A DNA stretch of 64,000 nucleotides from Marsupella aquatica (taxonomy: Eukaryota > Plantae > Marchantiophyta): positions 7,986,184-8,050,183 of the forward strand of contig OZ316895.1 in the NCBI GenBank assembly GCA_973895155.1. Reading direction: 5' to 3'. The position numbers and the translations under genes were made by a program. Under the pieces are notes generated by a model that was not told the origin of the DNA, made no database searches, and was given only the letters and a program-made list of their open reading frames with translations. Below, piece by piece: positions 61,947 through 64,000 of this stretch (positions are counted from its first letter, which is position 1; each line of letters starts with the position of its first letter).

Positions 61947-64000
61947 CTAATAATTTCCAATGCTAAAATGCCCAAATTCATCTATTGTTTGATCACCTAG
62001 AACACTCTGTATCTCGGAATTGATACCACTGGGAAGTTGCTCTTCAAAGGATGGGGGTGCAAAAACTGGGCTCAGTCTCAAGTTCAGTTTTTTGTAATCT
62101 AATTTTGCCATTATCTTTGGAGCATCGTCTAGTGATTCTATCATTCCAACCTTTGGTCCATTTCTCCATATAAAATGAGTTGCAGGACGCACTGTTTTCA
62201 TATATCCAGTCCTGCCGATCTCGGATCTAGAATTTTGTGAAAATGATAATACTACGGGGCTTCCTGTAGAAGCACTTGTAAAAACCAATTTAGTCTCTGA
62301 TGAGCAATATAGAGGAGACAGGGGAGGATTTGAAGCACCTGCCTTCTCTTCTTCATTTGCAGCGGTCTCAGGTACTTGACGATCATCCTCCTTTGCAAGC
62401 GCAATGTCTAACATTTCTCCCAATTCTACTGCGTCAATATTGCCTAGACCATCTGCGGTTGCCTTCCAATGTGCGTCCGATGTGGACGATGTAAGATCTG
62501 GGTCCGATTGGTGCATCCAATTCTCTACACCGGCAAAGGGATTTCTTGGTGGGTCGCCCTCAGGTCGACCCACAACATCAGCCAACCCCACACCAAAGTA
62601 GGGAATACCTACCACTTGTGTTCCACGTTCATCCAAATTTCGGGTGACCCTGTCGTCTGTGTCGTGACCCAATTCTCCTTCCTCAATATCATCTTCGCCC
62701 TGGTCTATGCCTTCTTTGGCACCAACATGCTCGGAAACCCCATCGCGGGCTCTACCAAATTTGGAACCGCCCATCCGGTCACTCATTATGGAAGGAACTT
62801 TCTCGCAGAGAACCCTTCCATATGCCTGAGTGAAATCATATTCATCCTCAGTGTCTGAATATGCAAAGCATTCTCTGAAACACAACAATGACACCTTCAT
62901 AACCTGTCCTCCCGAGAAAAAGTCAAGTATAGTCTCCCCTTCAGCCGAAAAAAATTCAATAATACTCTGCAGCATACATTTTGGCTTAGCGTGAATATTC
63001 ACAAAGCCACCTCTACTTCCCACCATCTCAAACATGGGAGCCTTTCGTAAGAAATCTCCAATGTGAAATGCCGAAGTTGACTCAGTCTCTGTCTCCTTAC
63101 TTGTCTTACTCTTATTCTTATCTCGCTTCTCCGTCTTGTCTTCCACTTGGAAATCAGGGTCGATTGCCGAATTGTAAGAAAATTGGCAATTAAATCCAGG
63201 CCTGAACACTTGCTTCCAATCAAATTTCTTCTTAGTGGTGATTCCTGCAAAGATTATCTCCTCCATACCACAACTGAAAAGTAAGCCCTCTGGAACTGGT
63301 GTATCACTCCGTCGATAGCTCCCGTAGTCAACGTGGATGTCCATTCCCTTTTCATGTTGCAATTTCCTAAGGGCACTCAAAATGTTTGCAGCAAGTGGCC
63401 CCGGATGCACAGTCATGACAACAACAATTGTTGGATTTCTTGGAAGATCCACAATGTATTGTAGTAATGCAATAATTTCAGCATCGGTCCAAACATGTTG
63501 TCGGAGCCTACTGAAGTCAACAATGGCAAGAGGACACAAAGGCGAAGGCTCTTGTAGCATTTCCGGCACGGTCGTCTTCATCAAATTCTCACTAAAAAAT
63601 GTCAAGAAAGGCTCCATGCGAGAACGACCAATCCCACCAAATTCTTTACAATACAACCCATCTAGTCTGACCATCAGACTTTGTGGGAAACTCTCCTTGA
63701 CCACATTCTTCTTCAATGAATTGTTGAGGTAAACCTCACCCGCTGCTCTCCTCAATTTTGTCATCTCAAGCTCAGATTTCAAGGAAGGCAACAATATCAC
63801 CAGAGACTCCCAAGATGTGCCAACAGGAAACTTCTCACGATACTTTTCCACGAAATAGCCAATAATGACTGTTCTCAATTTGGACATTATCTTGATTGTA
63901 AGGGCCAAGTCTCCCATTGCGACAAGCTCTGATTTGTTGGTGATATCCTTCTTCAGCAAGACACGCTCCTCTTCAACGTCCTTCAAGATCTCAATTATCT
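61947..64000 (-). CDS. Second beta-class N4/N6 DNA-methyltransferase-like protein (5' end outside window) with acidic C-terminal region
   Basis: Open 679-aa frame containing HAKPKCMLQSIIEFFSAEGETILDFFSGG (~62905-62995), matching H..KP..L...I...S..G..ILD.F.G (motifs X-I). Confidence 0.7.
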   Translation of the reverse strand, partial: IIEILKDVEEERVLLKKDITNKSELVAMGDLALTIKIMSKLRTVIIGYFVEKYREKFPVGTSWESLVILLPSLKSELEMTKLRRAAGEVYLNNSLKKNVVKESFPQSLMVRLDGLYCKEFGGIGRSRMEPFLTFFSENLMKTTVPEMLQEPSPLCPLAIVDFSRLRQHVWTDAEIIALLQYIVDLPRNPTIVVVMTVHPGPLAANILSALRKLQHEKGMDIHVDYGSYRRSDTPVPEGLLFSCGMEEIIFAGITTKKKFDWKQVFRPGFNCQFSYNSAIDPDFQVEDKTEKRDKNKSKTSKETETESTSAFHIGDFLRKAPMFEMVGSRGGFVNIHAKPKCMLQSIIEFFSAEGETILDFFSGGQVMKVSLLCFRECFAYSDTEDEYDFTQAYGRVLCEKVPSIMSDRMGGSKFGRARDGVSEHVGAKEGIDQGEDDIEEGELGHDTDDRVTRNLDERGTQVVGIPYFGVGLADVVGRPEGDPPRNPFAGVENWMHQSDPDLTSSTSDAHWKATADGLGNIDAVELGEMLDIALAKEDDRQVPETAANEEEKAGASNPPLSPLYCSSETKLVFTSASTGSPVVLSFSQNSRSEIGRTGYMKTVRPATHFIWRNGPKVGMIESLDDAPKIMAKLDYKKLNLRLSPVFAPPSFEEQLPSGINSEIQSVLGDQTIDEFGHFSIGNY

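Overview
Eukaryotic land-plant genomic DNA with spliceosomal introns. A bryophyte or liverwort source is my inference from the repeat and ORF content. From left to right: (1) the 5' half of an SOS1/NHX7 Na+/H+ antiporter gene (minus strand, runs off the window start). (2) An apparently intact full-size ABCB (P-glycoprotein) transporter gene at 13829-21397 (-). (3) A repeat-rich spacer with MITEs. (4) A 14.5-kb Ty3/gypsy (Athila-like) element at 27427-41914 whose two ~1.1-1.2 kb LTR copies are INVERTED rather than direct. It has a near-perfect 5-bp TSD, retains protease, gag, integrase and an extra ORF but no RT/RNase H, and carries a very young Ty1/copia element inserted in its left arm. (5) A truncated, pseudogenised tandem ABCB paralogue at ~43806-49149 (-). 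(6) From ~51 kb to the window end, a multi-gene cluster that looks like a giant Mutator-type DNA transposon. It encodes a GCM-like/DDE/SWIM transposase transcribed head-to-head with a ParB-like + N4/N6 (beta-class) DNA-methyltransferase-like gene, followed by an FCP1/NIF phosphatase-like gene and a second methyltransferase-like gene. An 18-bp palindrome recurs in its spacers and introns. The two best candidates for something undescribed are (4) and (6). All domain calls are by-eye motif recognition; no searches were run.
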